From Paraspadella gotoi (taxonomy: Eukaryota; Animalia; Chaetognatha), in contig JBJCIZ010000016.1 of the NCBI GenBank assembly GCA_051294375.1, positions 31,726 to 95,725 of the forward strand: a stretch of 64,000 nucleotides of DNA, given 5' to 3'. Positions within the stretch are counted from its first letter, which is position 1; every line of letters begins with the position of its first letter. Shown in pieces: positions 34,884-49,300 of the stretch. The position numbers and the translations under genes are program-made. The notes beneath the pieces were generated by a model. That model worked only from the letters and a program-made list of their open reading frames with translations. It was not told where the DNA came from and ran no database searches.

Positions 34884-37437
34884 GAAATATCGTCTGCCGC
34901 GTGTATTTAACGTTTTATACTTTTTACTTTAGAAAAGTCGCTTTATCGGTGTTTTTTAATTTTTTAACATTGGAAAAAAGTTTGCCGTTTTTTTTAAAGT
35001 TTTTATTTCTTTTTACATTGAAAAAATCGTTTTCTGTAATTTTTAAAGTTTTCATATCTTTTTAGCGAGAAAAAAGTCGTTTTCTGGTGTATTTAACGTT
35101 TTTATCTTTTGAGAGTGAGAGAAAGCTACATAAAATAAAGAGAAAGAGAGAGAGAAGGAGACATAAAAATAAAAGAGAGGAAATTTGTTTGTTTTGATAA
35201 AAAGATATTTAATAACTGTTCCTACCCAATTTTAACAACCTCGATGATGTTATTTGCAGAAGTATTTAATTTTTATTTCTTTTTTTCTTTGAAAATATCG
35301 TTTTCCGGTGTTTTAGAAATTTTTTATCTTTTTACATTGGAAAAAGCGTTTTTCTTTGTTTTTAAATTTGTTATCTTCTTTGGAAATATCGTCTGCGGTG
35401 TATTTAACATTTATTACTTTTTACTTTTAGAAAAGTCGTTTATCGGTGTTTTTAACTCTCTTTTACATTGGAAAAAACGTTTGCCGTTTTTTTTTTTTTA
35501 AGTTTTATTTCTTTTACATTGGAAAAAAATTTTTCTGTTATTTTAAAGTTTTCTATCTTTTACAGGGAAAAAGTCGTTTTCTGGTGTATTTAACGTTTTT
35601 ATCTATTGAGAGTGAGAGAAAGCTACATAAAAATTAAAGAGAAAAGAGAGAGAGAGAGGAGACATAAAAATAAAAGAGAGGAAATTTGTTTGTTTTGATA
35701 AAAGATATTTAATAACTGTCTCACCCAATTTATAACAAATGATGTTATTTGCAGAAAGTATTTAACGTTTTTATTTCTTTTTTCTTTGAAAATATCGTTT
35801 TCCGGTGTTTTAGAAAATTTTTTATCTCTTTTTACATTGGAAAAAGCGTTTTTCTTTGTTTTTAAAGTTTTATTTCTTTGGAAATATCGTCTGCCGCTGT
35901 ATTTAACGTTTTTATCACTTTTTACTTTAGAAAAGTCGTTATCATGTGTTTTTTTAATCTTTTTTACATTGGAAAAAACTTTGCCGGTTTTTTTAAGTTT
36001 TTATTTCTTTTACATTGGAAAAATCGTTTTCTGTTATTTTTAAAGTTTCATATCTTTTTACAGAAGAAAAAGTCGTTTTCTGGTGTATTTAACGTTTTTA
36101 TCTTTTGAGAGTGAGAGAAAGCTACATAAAATTAAAAGAAAAGAGAGAGAGAAAGAGACATAAAAAAAAAGAGAGGAAATTTGTTTGTTTTGATTAAAAA
36201 GATATTTAATAACTGTCCTCACTCCAATTTAAACAACCTCGATGATGTTATTTGCAGAAGTATTTAACGTTTTTATTCTTTTTTCTTTGAAAATATCGTT
36301 TTCCGGTGTTTAGAAATTTTTTATCTCTTTTACATTGGAAAAAGCGTTTTTCTTTGTTTTTAAATGTTATCTTTTTTGGAAATATCGTCTGCCGCTGTAT
36401 TTAACGTTTTTATCACTTTTTACTTTAGAAAAGTCGTTTATCGGTGTTTTTTTATATTTTTTACATTGGAAAAACCGTTCCGTTTTTTTTTAAAGTTTTA
36501 TTTCTTTTTACATGAAAAAATCGTTTTCTTTATTTTTAAAGTTTTCATATCTTTTTACGAGAAAAAGTCGTTTTCTGGTGTATTTAACGTTTTTATATAT
36601 TGAGAGTGAGAGAAAGCTACATAAAATTAAAGAGAAAAGAGAGAAGAGAAGGAGACATAAAAATAAAAAGAAGGAAATTTGTTTGTTTTGATAAAAGATA
36701 TTTAATAACTGTCCTCACCCAATTTAAAACACTCGATGATGTTATTTGCAGAAGTATTTAACGTTTTTATTTCTTTTTTCTTTGAAAATATCGTTTTCCG
36801 GTGTTTTAGAAATTTTTTATCTCTTTTTACATTGGAAAAAGCGTTTTTCTTTGTTTTTAAAGTTGTTATCTCTTTGAAAATATCGTCTGCCGCTGTATTT
36901 AACGTTTTTTATACTTTTTACTTTAGAAAAGTCGTTTATCGGTTTTTTTTATATTTTTTTACATTGGAAAAAACGTTTGCCGTTTTTTTTAAATTTTTAT
37001 TTCTTTTTACATTTAAAAAATCGTTTTCTGTTATTTTTAAAGTTTTCATATCTTTTTACAGAGAAAAAGTCGTTTTCTGGTGTATTTAACGTTTTTATCT
37101 TTGAGAGTGAGAGAAACTACATAAAATTAAAGAGAAAGAGAGAGAGAAGGAGACATAAAAATAAAAGAGAGAAATTTGTTTGTTTTGATAAAAAGATATT
37201 TAATAACTGTCCTCACCCAATTTTAACAACCTCGATGATGTTTATTTGGAGAAGTATTTAACGTTTTTTTTTCTTTTTTCTTTGAAAATATCGTTTTCCG
37301 GTGTTTAGAAATTTTTTATCTCTTTTTACATTGGAAAAAGCGTTTTTCTTTGTTTTTAAAGTTGTTATCTCTTTGGAATATCGTCTGCCGTGTATTTAAC
37401 ATTTTATTATTTTTTACTTTAGAAAAGTCGTTTATCG
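34884..37437. repeat. Tandem repeat of about 498 bp, five units plus a partial unit, built from sub-repeats of about 45 bp
   Basis: gaaatatcgtctgc recurs at about 34884, 35383, 35881, 36379, 36877 and 37376. The Phe/Lys-rich ORFs here are repeat artefacts. Confidence 0.95.
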
Positions 37438-37843
37438 TGTAGAAATGGGTAAATTTGATCTTTCTATGCCTATGATTTTATTCCCTGCGTTTCTAGGAGA
37501 TGATTAGAACTTGGATAATCATAAAGGGCAAAAACCCATATTGTAATGATAATCCAATGCACAAAGTAGTGACAAAGAGAGAGCGCAGTTCAAATCCTAA
37601 AAAGGGGCAAAAATGTAGTGGGGTGAGGACAGAAAAATCCCTAACTATTACAATCTCTTACTGGTACTCCTATCCAAACTCGCAGGCTTCAACAAAATGG
37701 CAGCAAAATAATTCCTCCAAAAATCCTCAAGAAAGCGCTGAGGAATCGGAATCACTAAACGGATTTTCTAGGCAAGGTTGTTGACAAAAGAGCAACGCTA
37801 ATTTCCCGATTCCTTAGCACTCGGTGGCAGAGGCTCGCGCACA
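37438..37843 (-). mobile_element. BEL/Pao 3' LTR preceded by a polypurine tract
   Basis: Minus strand reads ccggggggag|TGTGCGCGAGCC...cccatttctaCA. It is homologous to 39359-39773 and 62116-62550. Confidence 0.75.
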
Positions 37844-38869
37844 CTCCCCCCGGTGGTCTCACCACCAGAAGAAGTCGCGAGCGTCCGCCTGCCTAACTTT
37901 CATTTCAAATCATTTCAACTTTGGACTTGTAGTATCAGCTTCGATAACTGCCCCAAATTTCCCCCCTCTGATTTCCCAGGCTTTGTTCAAGATCTTGCCG
38001 TCCCGCTGTTACCACCATCTGCGATCTCGCTATTGCCGCGCCGTTTGTTCACGATCTTGACGTGCTCCGACGTCGCCATTACCGCAAAGTTCCTCCCCCC
38101 ATTAAACATTCCCAACTAACCGCCCCCTTTCTTCTCCAAGACTGCATGCTCCATCTGGTTCACCAAACATTTGCTGTCGTCCCGAATTCCTCGACGGCAT
38201 AGGGAAGCTGCGTCTTGTTGATCATTCTCGTCTCGGCAGAGTTGAATTCTGCTGACGACAATTAGCTGGTGCTTGACGTGAATGAATTGTTTGACAATCC
38301 TTCTCGACTATCTAGAGTGAATGGAATCTAGGCAAGATGTCTAGCTCACTAAATCTGTCTGACCTCCCCCATGTTTGGTGGGACTGATGCTGCTAGCTCA
38401 ATTAATTAACTGTTCAATTATATTTTAATATGTCTATTACTACTTTTCTTGATCTAATTTTCAAAGTTTCAAAAATTCATTGAGCTTTCTACTTGCAAAT
38501 AAATACTGTTCAATAATCTATGTACATCAATTAGTACTAAAAAACGTGACCACCATAAAGCGAATTCATTCGTGTTTCGATTTTTAAAAAAAATAATTCT
38601 TAGTTCAAATAAACTTCAATCAGACAAAAGATTTTCCTCTGCGCTGCAGTCGCAGATCCAATCAATAAATATTCAATTTTACGCTTTTCTAATCATAAGT
38701 TTCCGGTAAGTTTTGAGTCTAACCTTCATGGCAGGCCTCACCATGATGGTTAGAAGAGAAAGATGACGAAAAAGGACAGGAAGACGAAACAATACAAATG
38801 GACGACGTCGTCAACATACTACAAAAATATTGGGGTATGGATGCCCCTCCAAGAAAGGTCTCATCAGGG

Positions 38870-39147
38870 TCTTTTCAGCCCTGTTATCTTTCGAGAGATA
38901 AGTCACATCAGGGTTTTTAAGCCCATTCAACTTTCGAGATAAAAAAACAAATTAAATAAGTCACAGCAGGGTTTATCCGCCCCTGTTGACTATCGAGATA
39001 AAAAAATAAATAAGTCACAGCAGGGTTTATCTGCCCTGTTGATTATTGAGATAAAAAAAAGAAGTTACATCAGGGTTTTTAAGCCCTGTCAACTTTCGAG
39101 ATTAAAAAAAATTAAATAAGTCACAGCAGGGTTTATCTGCCCTGTTG
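38870..39147. repeat. Minisatellite with a unit of about 55-60 bp (aataagtcacagcagggtttatc...ctgttgactatcgagataaaaaa)
   Basis: About five units. The same family lies in opposite orientation at 43235-43887. Confidence 0.9.
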
Positions 39148-39358
39148 GGAACGCATTAGACCATCATTTCGGTCGACCCATGTATTGATCGACACATCGG
39201 GGCTAGCGGCAAATAGCAGTCCGGCCACGTCCACTCATACCCATGCAAGCGGCGACATCCGAGCCCACGCAGCCAGCCGGCTACTAGCAACTCCGAACAA
39301 CAAAATAGAGACGTCGCTGAAGGATTAGATTTACGCAAGGCTTTTTAGCTGCCGCATA

Positions 39359-39773
39359 TGTGCGCGAGCCTCTGCCACGCGTGGCTAAGGAATCGGGAAA
39401 TTAGAACGTTGGTGTTTTTGTATCCACAACCTTGCCGTAGAAATATCTTTTATGTATTCCCGATTTCCTCAGCGCTTTCATTTGAGGATTTTTTGGCTAG
39501 GAATTATTCTTGCTGCACATTTTGTTAGAAGCCCGTTGGAAGTTCCGAGAGATTGTGAGATTTATGGCTGCCCATCCTACTCATTGCTCTCTTAGATGGA
39601 TTGACTCCGCGCTCTCTCTTTGTCATTACGCTTTTGCATTGGATTATCCATTACCATATGCGAGTGTTTTGCCCTTTATGATTATCCAAGTCTTCTAATC
39701 AATCTCCTAGAAAACGCATGGAATAAGAATCATAGGCATAGAAAAGATCCAGCAAGTTACCCATTGCTCTACA
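39359..39773 (+). mobile_element. BEL/Pao 5' LTR
   Basis: TGTGCGCGAGCC...ccattgctctaCA, followed by leader and gag-like sequence. No clear canonical PBS was seen. Confidence 0.75.
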
Positions 39774-42477
39774 GTCAATACTGATCCTAAAACTTTACAA
39801 ACTCTAAGCGTTGAAACGGGTAAAGTCTGATCACCTACCTTCGGTTGTAAGCTGCCGCCGAGGTCGGACGCCTCGAAGGGTAGGTAATTTAAGGAACGAC
39901 ACAGCAAGGCTGTCTGAGTCCAAGTGCTGGTTGACAGACACTTTGGATCTTTGATAGCTGATAGATCTCTTGGGCTTAATTGATAAAATTCTAAACAAGT
40001 CCGGACTTAAACCAGAGTTTAATCCAGACGTTTAGGTGCCACGGTTCGAGGGATCTCAAGCTGTGAAGATTTTTGCTGATCTATGCCAAGATTCCTTTTG
40101 GGTACACCGTCTTTAATGGATAGGATTATTTTAATGATAAAACTTACAATTATGCGAAAGGAGAAAGTTAAGAAATTTATTGTTTAATGAATGAAACAAA
40201 ACGAGTTTGAGAGCTTTAATTGAAAGGCATCGAGTTGCCCCGAAGTTTGGATCCCGACGTCCGGAACAGGTTTAGAGGCAGTCTGGTGCCGATGGAGCAA
40301 GTCCGAGTTTCGTGTCGTCTGTTTTATCGGAATTCATGTCGTGTTCTATCCTGTTTTTTGAAGCGATAGAGTAAATTGCTATATTAGATCCTAGACCATA
40401 TTAAATTCCGCACCATTATATTGTTTCTCGGTTAGTTGCCACTGTCTATTTATCTCGTTGACCGCCGTATCTGCTAGATGGAAGGGTCATTTAATTGATG
40501 GTTGTAGAAGGTGGAAAAGGCGAGGAAAGGGATGCTGACAAATGTGTATCGCGTCGGCGAGTACGGTCTCTGGTCCCAAACCCCGCTTTCCGTTTTTCTC
40601 CGCAGGTCCGTCCTTGACCTCTTCCTCAGCTCCTTCTCCTCCGTCCTATTGCTTCAAACCAGTGTTTCTTTCTCTCCGCCGCCGCCTCCAAAATTCGGCG
40701 TGTTTCTAATCGTTCTGCTGACAATCTCTTCGCCGCAGCGGTCACGATTCTGCGGCATTTCTAACGCTAGGGAGGAGCCGTCATTCTCATCCAAATAACT
40801 CGGTAACCTCCGTGACGCATCGATTCGCCGTTCGAACAGAAAGGAGACTACAAAGGTTCAGCGAATAAGCGAGCTGAGATTGATCGATCAAAAGAAATTG
40901 CAAATTTTGCAATTGGAAAAAATTGAGTAGAAAGAATCGCTTGAAAAATAAAATTAAGTCTGGAACGTCGAACGCAAAAGCTGAATTGAAAATTGAAAGG
41001 CGAAAATATAACCAAATGGATCAGAGATTAGAAAGATCTCGCTGAAGTATGTTTCAACGAATACTTCTAGCTGCAAACAACGGGTTACACCGATGGGAGG
41101 ATCGCACGAATGGCTCGCGTCATCGAACTCGCCGGTCCGTAGTTAAAACAAGTCCGTGTTGTTTCTAGGCGACGCTCGAAGGAGTTGAAAAAGACAGTCT
41201 GTCTGTTCTGCGACTGCAGTTGATTTTGCCTCCCACCCAAGATCTAATTCTTATGTGTCTCAGCAAGGTGTTTCCGGTGCGTTTCAGAGTGCTTCGCGCG
41301 TCTGATTTTTCGCCACAAACGAGCGGTTACGGAAGAATTTTTCATAAGGCAGTCCCATTATCCACACAGACAGGCACAGTTGGGACCGAACTGAAGGCCC
41401 GATGGACCATTTGCCCAGCTTTGTTCCACTTCAGACCAACATCTAGCTTTCACGATGATGCATCAGAGGAGGCCCAAATTAAAGATTTAATTGGTAAGGA
41501 CAAGGAGGAGATTTGATTTTTGAAGAGCCAGTTTGAATTTGTTTAACTCTTTTAGCCTAAGTATTGTTGGAGGGTGAACTGATCAGATGTTAATGAGTGA
41601 GATAAGGAGAGTATTTTGATTGGAGATGCTGCGCATGTATAATATCACAATATGAGGGCCTCAGAGTTGATTTCACTGCGGGCGCTAAAAAAAAGATAAA
41701 GTCTTTCGTCGTCTGTATATTATGGCGTAAGGTTTCGGAAGGCCTTGAGAGTTGAGTTTGGAAGAAAAAACTTACACGCGCCACCAAATGTTGGAAGAGC
41801 TTTTGAGGGGACCCAAGATTTCAAAACAGGGATTGTTGCTGGCGCTTAGAACCTTTGCTTTCTCGAAATTGGAGAAGTGTTTCATTATTCGTGCGGTTGC
41901 AGAATAAGAGGGAGGCGACTTTTCCACTTTAGAAACTGATACCGCGCGGAGATTGTTCTCAAAAATTGGCGCTGTTCTTAGCACCAGACTTGGTTGCCAA
42001 AGAGGGATGATCGATTCGGATGGAAGTGTTGCAGCAGCTGCGCCTGACAGATGGACTTTATCAGATGAAGAGATGAAGTTTGATGCATTTGTTACTTATT
42101 AAGAAAGCTCTGAAGGTTAATGAAAGGAAAGCAACTTTGTTAGGAACCGAGATTTCTGTTGTGATGGGCTCATACGACTCCAGTGACATACAGTCAGCTC
42201 AGATTAATTTGTTTTAATAGTTAATCAAGCATCAATTCGAGATGAATTTACTTAGTTAACGCCTTATTCTCAATTTGTTTTGACAAGTGAAAATTCATTA
42301 TGAAAAATTTTTTTTTTGGAACGAAGTTGATATTTGATTTACTTTGTTAAAAAAAAAAAAAATTTCTGAGAGCTGATGAATGCCTGATTTTTATTATTGT
42401 AATCTGTCAAATTTTGGGCATAATCAGTATGATTATATATTAATTAAGAACTTGAACGCGATTGCATTTTGTTTTCA

Positions 42478-42855
42478 GTATGATCAGCCGTCGGGCTGAG
42501 CTTTTATTTTTATTTATATTTTTACGTCAAGCCAGCGGAGCTTTTTTAAGATGATCCAGCTGGCGAGCTGAGCTTTATATTAAATTTTATGATCAAGCAG
42601 GCGGGCTGTTTTTAAGATTATGATCCAGCTGGCGAGCTGAGCTTTTTTAAGATTTAATGATCCAGCTGCTGAGCTGAGCTTTTTAAAGATTAATGATCCA
42701 GCTCGAGCTGAGCTTTTTTTAAGATTAATGATCAGCTGAGCGAGCTGAGCTTTTTTAAGATGATCCAGCTGACGAGCTGAGCTTTATTAAATTTTAACGA
42801 TCAAGCGGGCGGGCTTACTTCTTAAAATTAAGATTGATCCAGCCGTCGGCTGATT
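42478..42855. repeat. Minisatellite with a unit of about 40 bp (atgatccagctggcgagctgagcttttttaag)
   Basis: About ten degenerate units by direct reading. Confidence 0.9.
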
Positions 42856-43234
42856 TTATTTGTTTTTTTTTTTAGATTGGATGGCAGTGGCAATAACAAA
42901 TTTACGCATATTACTGAAGTATAATCATTATTACATTAGAAATAAATACTGTCTGATTGTGAACTCACCCTCGTCTAAGGAAGTTTGATTTGTTGTCTAA
43001 TGTCATTGTCCTCAAAGTTTTTGAGATTTAAATAATGTCGGCGGATAAACATTGTGATCCAGAATAACTTGTTCCGGATATTTGTCTAGTGATTTTAATT
43101 ATGAATTTGAATACCATGATGATTGTGGTATATTTTCGTTCCCAAGACTAACAATCTTGGCTATTTTCGTTCCCGAAGACTAACATCTTGGCATATTTGT
43201 CGGAGTCTTACATTGAATAGACTCAATTTGTTGA

Positions 43235-43887
43235 GTTCACAGGGCGGACATACCTGATGGAACTTAAAGAACCATTTCTTTCTGATAGTCAACAGGCGAG
43301 ATAAACCCTGATGTGACTTAATTTTATTTTTTTTATCTCGATAGTCAACTAGGGCAGATAACCCATGATGTGACTTATTATTTTTTTTTATCTCGATAGT
43401 CAACAGGGCGATAAACCCTGCTGTGACTTATTTAATTTTTTTTATTCTCGATATGTCAACAGGGCGGATAAACCCTGCTGTGAACTTATTTATTTTTCTT
43501 TTCTTGATAGTCAACAGGGCGATAAACCCTGTGTGACTTAATTATTTTTTTTATCTCGATAGTCACAGGGCAGATTAAACCCCTATTGTACGTTATTAAT
43601 TTTTTTTATCTCGATAGTCAACAGGGCGGATAAACCCTGTGTGACTTATTATTTTTTCTTCTCGATAGTCAACAGGGTGGATAAATCCTGATGTGACTTA
43701 TTTTTTTTTTATCTCGATAGTCAAGCGGCAGGATAACCCTGCTGTGACTTATTAATTTTTTATCTCGAAAGTTGACGAGGCGTTAAAACCTAGTGCTAAC
43801 TTTTTTTTATTTTTTTTATGTCTGTAGTCGAACAGGGCAGGATATAAACCCTGCTGTGACTTATTTATTTCTTTCTCGATAGTCAAT
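43235..43887. repeat. Minisatellite with a unit of about 55-60 bp, running into an N-gap
   Basis: Unit tctcgatagtcaacagggcggataaaccctgctgtgactta. Confidence 0.9.
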
Positions 43888-43989
43888 NNNNNNNNNNNNN
43901 NNNNNNNNNNNNATTGTGATATTATAATCGCAGCATCTCCATCAAAATACTCTCTTATCTCACTCATTAACATCTGATCATTCACTCCA

Positions 43990-46900
43990 ACAATATTAGC
44001 TAAAGAGTTTGAAAGCAGTTGAATTTGTTTAACTCTTTAGCTAATATTGTTTGGGGTGATGAGATCCAATATTGATGAGTGACGTGGGTATTCTATGTGA
44101 GATGCCGCGATTATAATAATCCACAATATGAGGCTTCAAGTGATTTCCTGGCGCTAAAAGGTTCGGAAGGCTTTGAGGGAGGCTCGGGGGAAAATTACAC
44201 GCCCACCAAATGTTGGGGCCATTGCGGGGACCTCCAGATTTCTGACAGGGATTTTGCTTGGCGCTAAGAACTTTGTTCTCGAAATGGAGAAGTTTCATAA
44301 TTCGTGCGAGTTAAGAAAACTAAGAAGGAAGTGACCTTTCCACTTATAGAAACTACCCGGGAAGATTGTTTCAAAAAAAGTTGCCTTTCTTAAGCGCACT
44401 TAGGTGGAAAGAGGATGATCGATTCGGAATGGGAAGTGTTTGCAGAGTGATGGAGATGGCTTATCCGATGAGAGATAAGTTTTGATGCTTTGTTAACTTC
44501 ATTAAGAAAGCTCTTGAAGGTTTTAAATGAATTAGGAAAGCAACTTTGTTAGGGAACCGAGAACTCTGCCTGTAACAAGTCATAGCGACTCAGAGGCGCT
44601 CAGCCTCGGGACAATCATATTTAATCGTAATCAAGCATCAATTCGATTAGTGGAACAACCGCAGTCCGCCGCGAATTCCACTCACCCTATCGCGTCAACC
44701 CATACTAAGGTCTAAAGATCATAAAGCTACGCTGTCGCCGCCGCGTCCATTTCCCAAATCGAATTCCTGATCCTAAATAATCACGCACCACGTGTTCCGA
44801 CGACAACCGAAGTGTAAGTTTTGTGAGCAAACGTCATTATATCGGAAATTGTGATGTTTCTTTCCCTTGCTCATGATGCTAGAGTTGCTTGGATGAAGGA
44901 AAAGGTTTTATGCTTTTTGTGTTTTGAAGAGCCATGTTGCTACAACTTGTCTGAAGCTCTCCTTGGATGCCCAAATGCTGGAGGAAGGAATAACGTGGCT
45001 TTTCACTCTGCAGATGCTGCTCATGGTGGTGCAGAGTCTCCTGACTCGCGCAGCATACGGCCACGACGGAAGGGTTTCGTCCAATCGTTGCCCAGTGAGT
45101 GTTTCAATGGATTCAAAGAGACGTGTGGTCGTGTATGCCAATGCGAGCTTGGTGATAGTGGCGTCGAAATCGAGAGTCTGCTCCGTACATACTAGGAGTT
45201 GGTAGTCATTGGATTACAAACCTTACACTGAATAGTGTTCACATGAGAATCTTTACTACATATCCAATTCAGTCATCGAAAACAACGCTGGCGCGAATTA
45301 TGTTGAGCGTTTAATGGATTTCGAAACCCCTATGATGACTTCTTATTTCCTGTGGATATCATAAAGGTCCGTTAGTTGGTGCAGTCCACTTGGAACAAAA
45401 CTGAGTATCAAGAACTCTCAGAGCCATGTAAGAATGCTGATATCATTGATTATGTACATCAATAAATGATGTTGGTGTTAGAATTGGGAAAAGTGGCGTG
45501 GAAATTGATTCTTTGGACGCTCGCTGGACGGCGTACTTGGGTTTGAGGGGAAACGAGAGTTGGCCCAGAGGGATACCCCAGTTGCCCTTAACAACCCGTT
45601 TTTTGAGGCTGGAACTCTTGGTAGGTCTGTAAAGAGTGAGAATGAGACTGCCAGACTAACTGTGAAGTTGTTGTTTGCTATAACACAATGTCCAGAATAT
45701 TGAGCATGTTGGAATTTTTGATAGCTTCAAATGTATCAGCATGATGTCGTAGGCTTCGTGGTGAATGAGAGGGTATCCTTCGAGGTTCAGCTCCATTGCT
45801 CAAGTCTGTTTGCAATTAAAACAATTGGAGAAGGCATTTATTTCAACAGGAAACGGCCACTATGTGCACCATCGCCCTTGAAGAATGGTCGTGAAAAACT
45901 GCGGATATGTTTAAATCATGTCGGATGAGCAACTGAATGCAACAAAAAAAAGTCGAATCGAAAAACTGCTCATAAGATGAGGAAAAGATTTGGTTTTGAG
46001 GGATGTGTATTTAAAACAATGGAGGAGACGATTGAACTGGGTCATGCCAGGAAGGTTGTTGAGATCACCATTTTGAAGGTCTCTCGAGTATTTTGCCTCC
46101 TATTCATGTAGTGACGCGTTCCGACAACCTGGAAAGTTCCGGATTTGTCAGGATGCAGCGACAAAGGTCAAGGTTCAAGTCCTGAATGATTTTCCTTATA
46201 CAGGCCCGATAATCTCACTCCCTTCTTGGAATCTTGTTAAAATTTAGAGAAAAAGGGTCACTTTGTCTGGTGCTTAAACTATTTTTCATACAAATTGAGC
46301 TTCATCCAAAAGAATGTTCCGGGTTTTAGAATTTCTGGTATAACCTGATAAGACTATGAAAGTACTTGAAAAACATGAACCTTGGTCACGTCTTTGGAGC
46401 AGCCGGAGTCCTGGAGTAGCTAATTTGTATGCAATACCATGGCAGCAAAATAAAGAGAGATTTCGCAGAAGTTCTAGTCCGCTTTGTTTTTAAAAATTTT
46501 TGTGATGATAACTTGATTCCTTAGATGGAGTCAAGGAACTAGAAAGATTGAAGAATTGAGTGACTGAGGCTATGAAGGAAGGAGGATTTGAGCTGACTAA
46601 GTGGCAGAGTTACGATCCCGGGAGTTTCTCATTGATTTCTCTGACCGATGATGATTCCGAAAAAATTGATGGAGCGATAGTGCTGCGGTGGAAGCCCTCT
46701 TCCTCAAGATTCTGAAAGGACTTTCTGATGATCTTGAGGGAGTTGCTGACAATGCTATTCCCTGAGGACCCCTCCTTGATGTGCAGAATGGAAAAGATTT
46801 CTTGGTGTTGGTTACAAATTTGTCATGAAACGTTTCTTGTCAGAGTGACCGAGCGAGCTAAAAAAGGAACTAAGACACGTCGTGGATATCCGTTGAAACC

Positions 46901-49300
46901 TCGTTGTCTTCAAATTTATGATCCCACTGGGTCTTGTCTCCCCCATTCATCCTTAAGGGGGCGAAGCTTTTCCAACGGGTTAGGATCTAGGCTTGAATGG
47001 GAATGAAATGTGCCAGATGATGTACATAAAGAATTTAACAATGAGAGAGAGTATTTTTGTCTCAAAAAATTATTAATTCCCAAGAATGGACATCGTCTTA
47101 GGATTAGGAAAGATTTTGTGGCTAGTTAATTATTTTTAGTGATGCATTCTTTGGATGGGTACGGTATGACAGCTTTATATTAAGAAAGAAAAGTAAATGT
47201 AATAGTTAAATCATGTTTCTGTTTATTATTTCTAAGTCCCACCGTCGTACCCATCAAGATGCAGAAAACGATTTGTTCAGATCAAACTTGAACCATGATG
47301 TCGATGCCGGCGAATTGGAGTTGAATGCGGCAACGCTTGGCTGCTCAATATGCGAATATGTTAGAACGGGAGTCTGGGAGAGTTTTGAAAAGTATTATGA
47401 TTATGATTTTGTTAACTGGTCTTGAAATGGTGGGGATCTGGAGAACGTTTTAAAACGTTTTGAAAAATTTCCGCTTACGAACAATTCGCATTTTCCAGGG
47501 TAGCGAATGGTTCCACGTCGCGGGCGAGAGAATCCAAGCTGATTGACGAGCCGGGAATCGAAGGAGCGACTTCAAAAGATGGTCTTTTTTATCAGGGCCT
47601 GACTGGCTTCAAACTTTCCGGAGGCAAATGCCAATCGTTTCAGACCCCAAAGAATGTTTAAGAAAGAAAAAGATCAATCTCAAAGAAGTTCACGACGATA
47701 CTGCTTTTCTCCCCTCTGAACCGTTTTGCTCGGGTGCGGACCCATGAATATCCCGTGATCCCGACTCGAACCCTCAAACAGGTTGGGTCCTAAAAAGTAT
47801 GTGAGAAAAAACTGAATGTTGGGAGAAGAAAGTAAGAAGAGTTGCTCTCTTTACAAAGCTGTATAAAATTTGTAAAATTTTTGGGTAATAAAACAATTAG
47901 TATTTGAAAAAGTTAAATTAATGGCCGATGAGTTTAAATTTGCTGAAAAAATGATAATTCGTTCTATCCAGCGAAAAACATTTTAAGAAGAGATCGCGCA
48001 ATTGTTAAAAGCTTGAGTGTTTTCGGCTGATGCACCCGAGAGCTTCGTAAGTAAAGAGTCAAAAATAGTTAATTTGAGCCCTTTTTTGATGAATTTGGAT
48101 TGCTAAGGACTGGGGGGAGACTTTCTAAATGCTGAATGTTTAAGTTATGAGTCCTTAAGTTATCCTTGTATCCTTCCTAAAGGATGATGAAGTGGTGCAT
48201 CATTATTTCAATTTGAGCATGAGGAATTGTTACATCTGGCCCAAGTCACTTTTCATTCCCTTCGCCAAAATTCTATTTGGGTGGGCGAGTACGTTGAATA
48301 CTGTATTGCAGAAATGTGTAAAGTGCAAAAATGTTTAAAAAATCCTTCTCCTCAAAAGATGTCCAACTGCCATTGAAAGAGATGGACCCCCCTCGTGGCC
48401 ATTCGCGCCACCGGGGTTGACGTTCTTTGGTCCCTTCCAAGTTAGACTGGCGGGGCACGAGGAAACTAAACTAAAAAGTTTGTACTTTGTTGACCATGCT
48501 TAACTACTCGCGCAACTGCCTTTTGAGGTGCTGCGAGATATGTCAACGCCCTCTGTTTTAAATGCTTTGATAAAGGTTTAAGAATCTTTACCAGGTCTGG
48601 AGACTCTTCATCTCTGAGCAACGGTACAACTAAAGGGGCCTTCGGTTGAGCTCAATCGACAGTTTGGGCGATACGAATGATGAAAACTTTAATAATGCTA
48701 TAGCCAAAAAGAAATATTCGATGGAAATTTTGGTTCGCACCTTACACCCGCATTAATGGGGGAGTGTGGGAAGCGGATGGTTAAGAAGTACTAAGAATGC
48801 TAATAAGCAATAATTCGCTAAATGAGATGGACTTGATACTTTTAACTATCCAGTGAGGTGGCTGGTGTGTTGAATCGACGTCCAATCACTTATGTTCCGA
48901 CTGGCCCTCTTGACTTTATTGTGCCTACTCCATCCTAATTTTTGTATCCCTATTTTAAATGCCTTCTAGTGCACTTAACATGTTACCAATGTTTCCTCAG
49001 AGAGTGACGTAATGCGTTCAACTGGAAAAAAGTTAGGGAGGTTGCCGATGAGTTCTGGCGAAGATTTATTTGTCGAATATTTACCTACTACTTTACAGGT
49101 GCGAACCAAAATGGAGAAAATTCGTCAACAGGATTGAGATCGGCCAAATCGCTTAGTTGTTGGACCCGACTGCCGCCCGTGACTGCTGGAAGGTCGGTCG
49201 CGTCCATGAAGTCTTGGGCGATGGACCTCACGCCCGAGAAGCCATCGTAAAGAATGCCCGAGGCCGACTTTAAAAGACACAAGTTGTTCTTGTGGGACTA
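43990..49300 (+). pseudogene. BEL/Pao gag-pol polyprotein, heavily frameshifted
   Basis: Zinc knuckle CFLCF..HVATTC (about 44910) and RT motifs LNDF..TGP, HVFGA and GGFELTKWQS. Pao RNase H motifs IYDP and FSDA..GYG, then GLLRTGGRL and YPCILPK. Integrase motifs GVD.FGPF, GGVWE, EVAGVLNRRPIT, FWRRF...LQVRTKW and WKVGRV. 43990-44650 duplicates 41530-42245. Confidence 0.9.

Noticed and set aside
35244-37261. Series of hydrophobic Phe-rich ORFs as membrane proteins
   Set aside because: They are translations of the T-rich 498-bp tandem repeat.
43990-49300. Dense frameshifts as programmed frameshifting or RNA editing
   Set aside because: Scattered single-base indels, also seen between duplicated segments, fit unpolished long-read error or ordinary decay.
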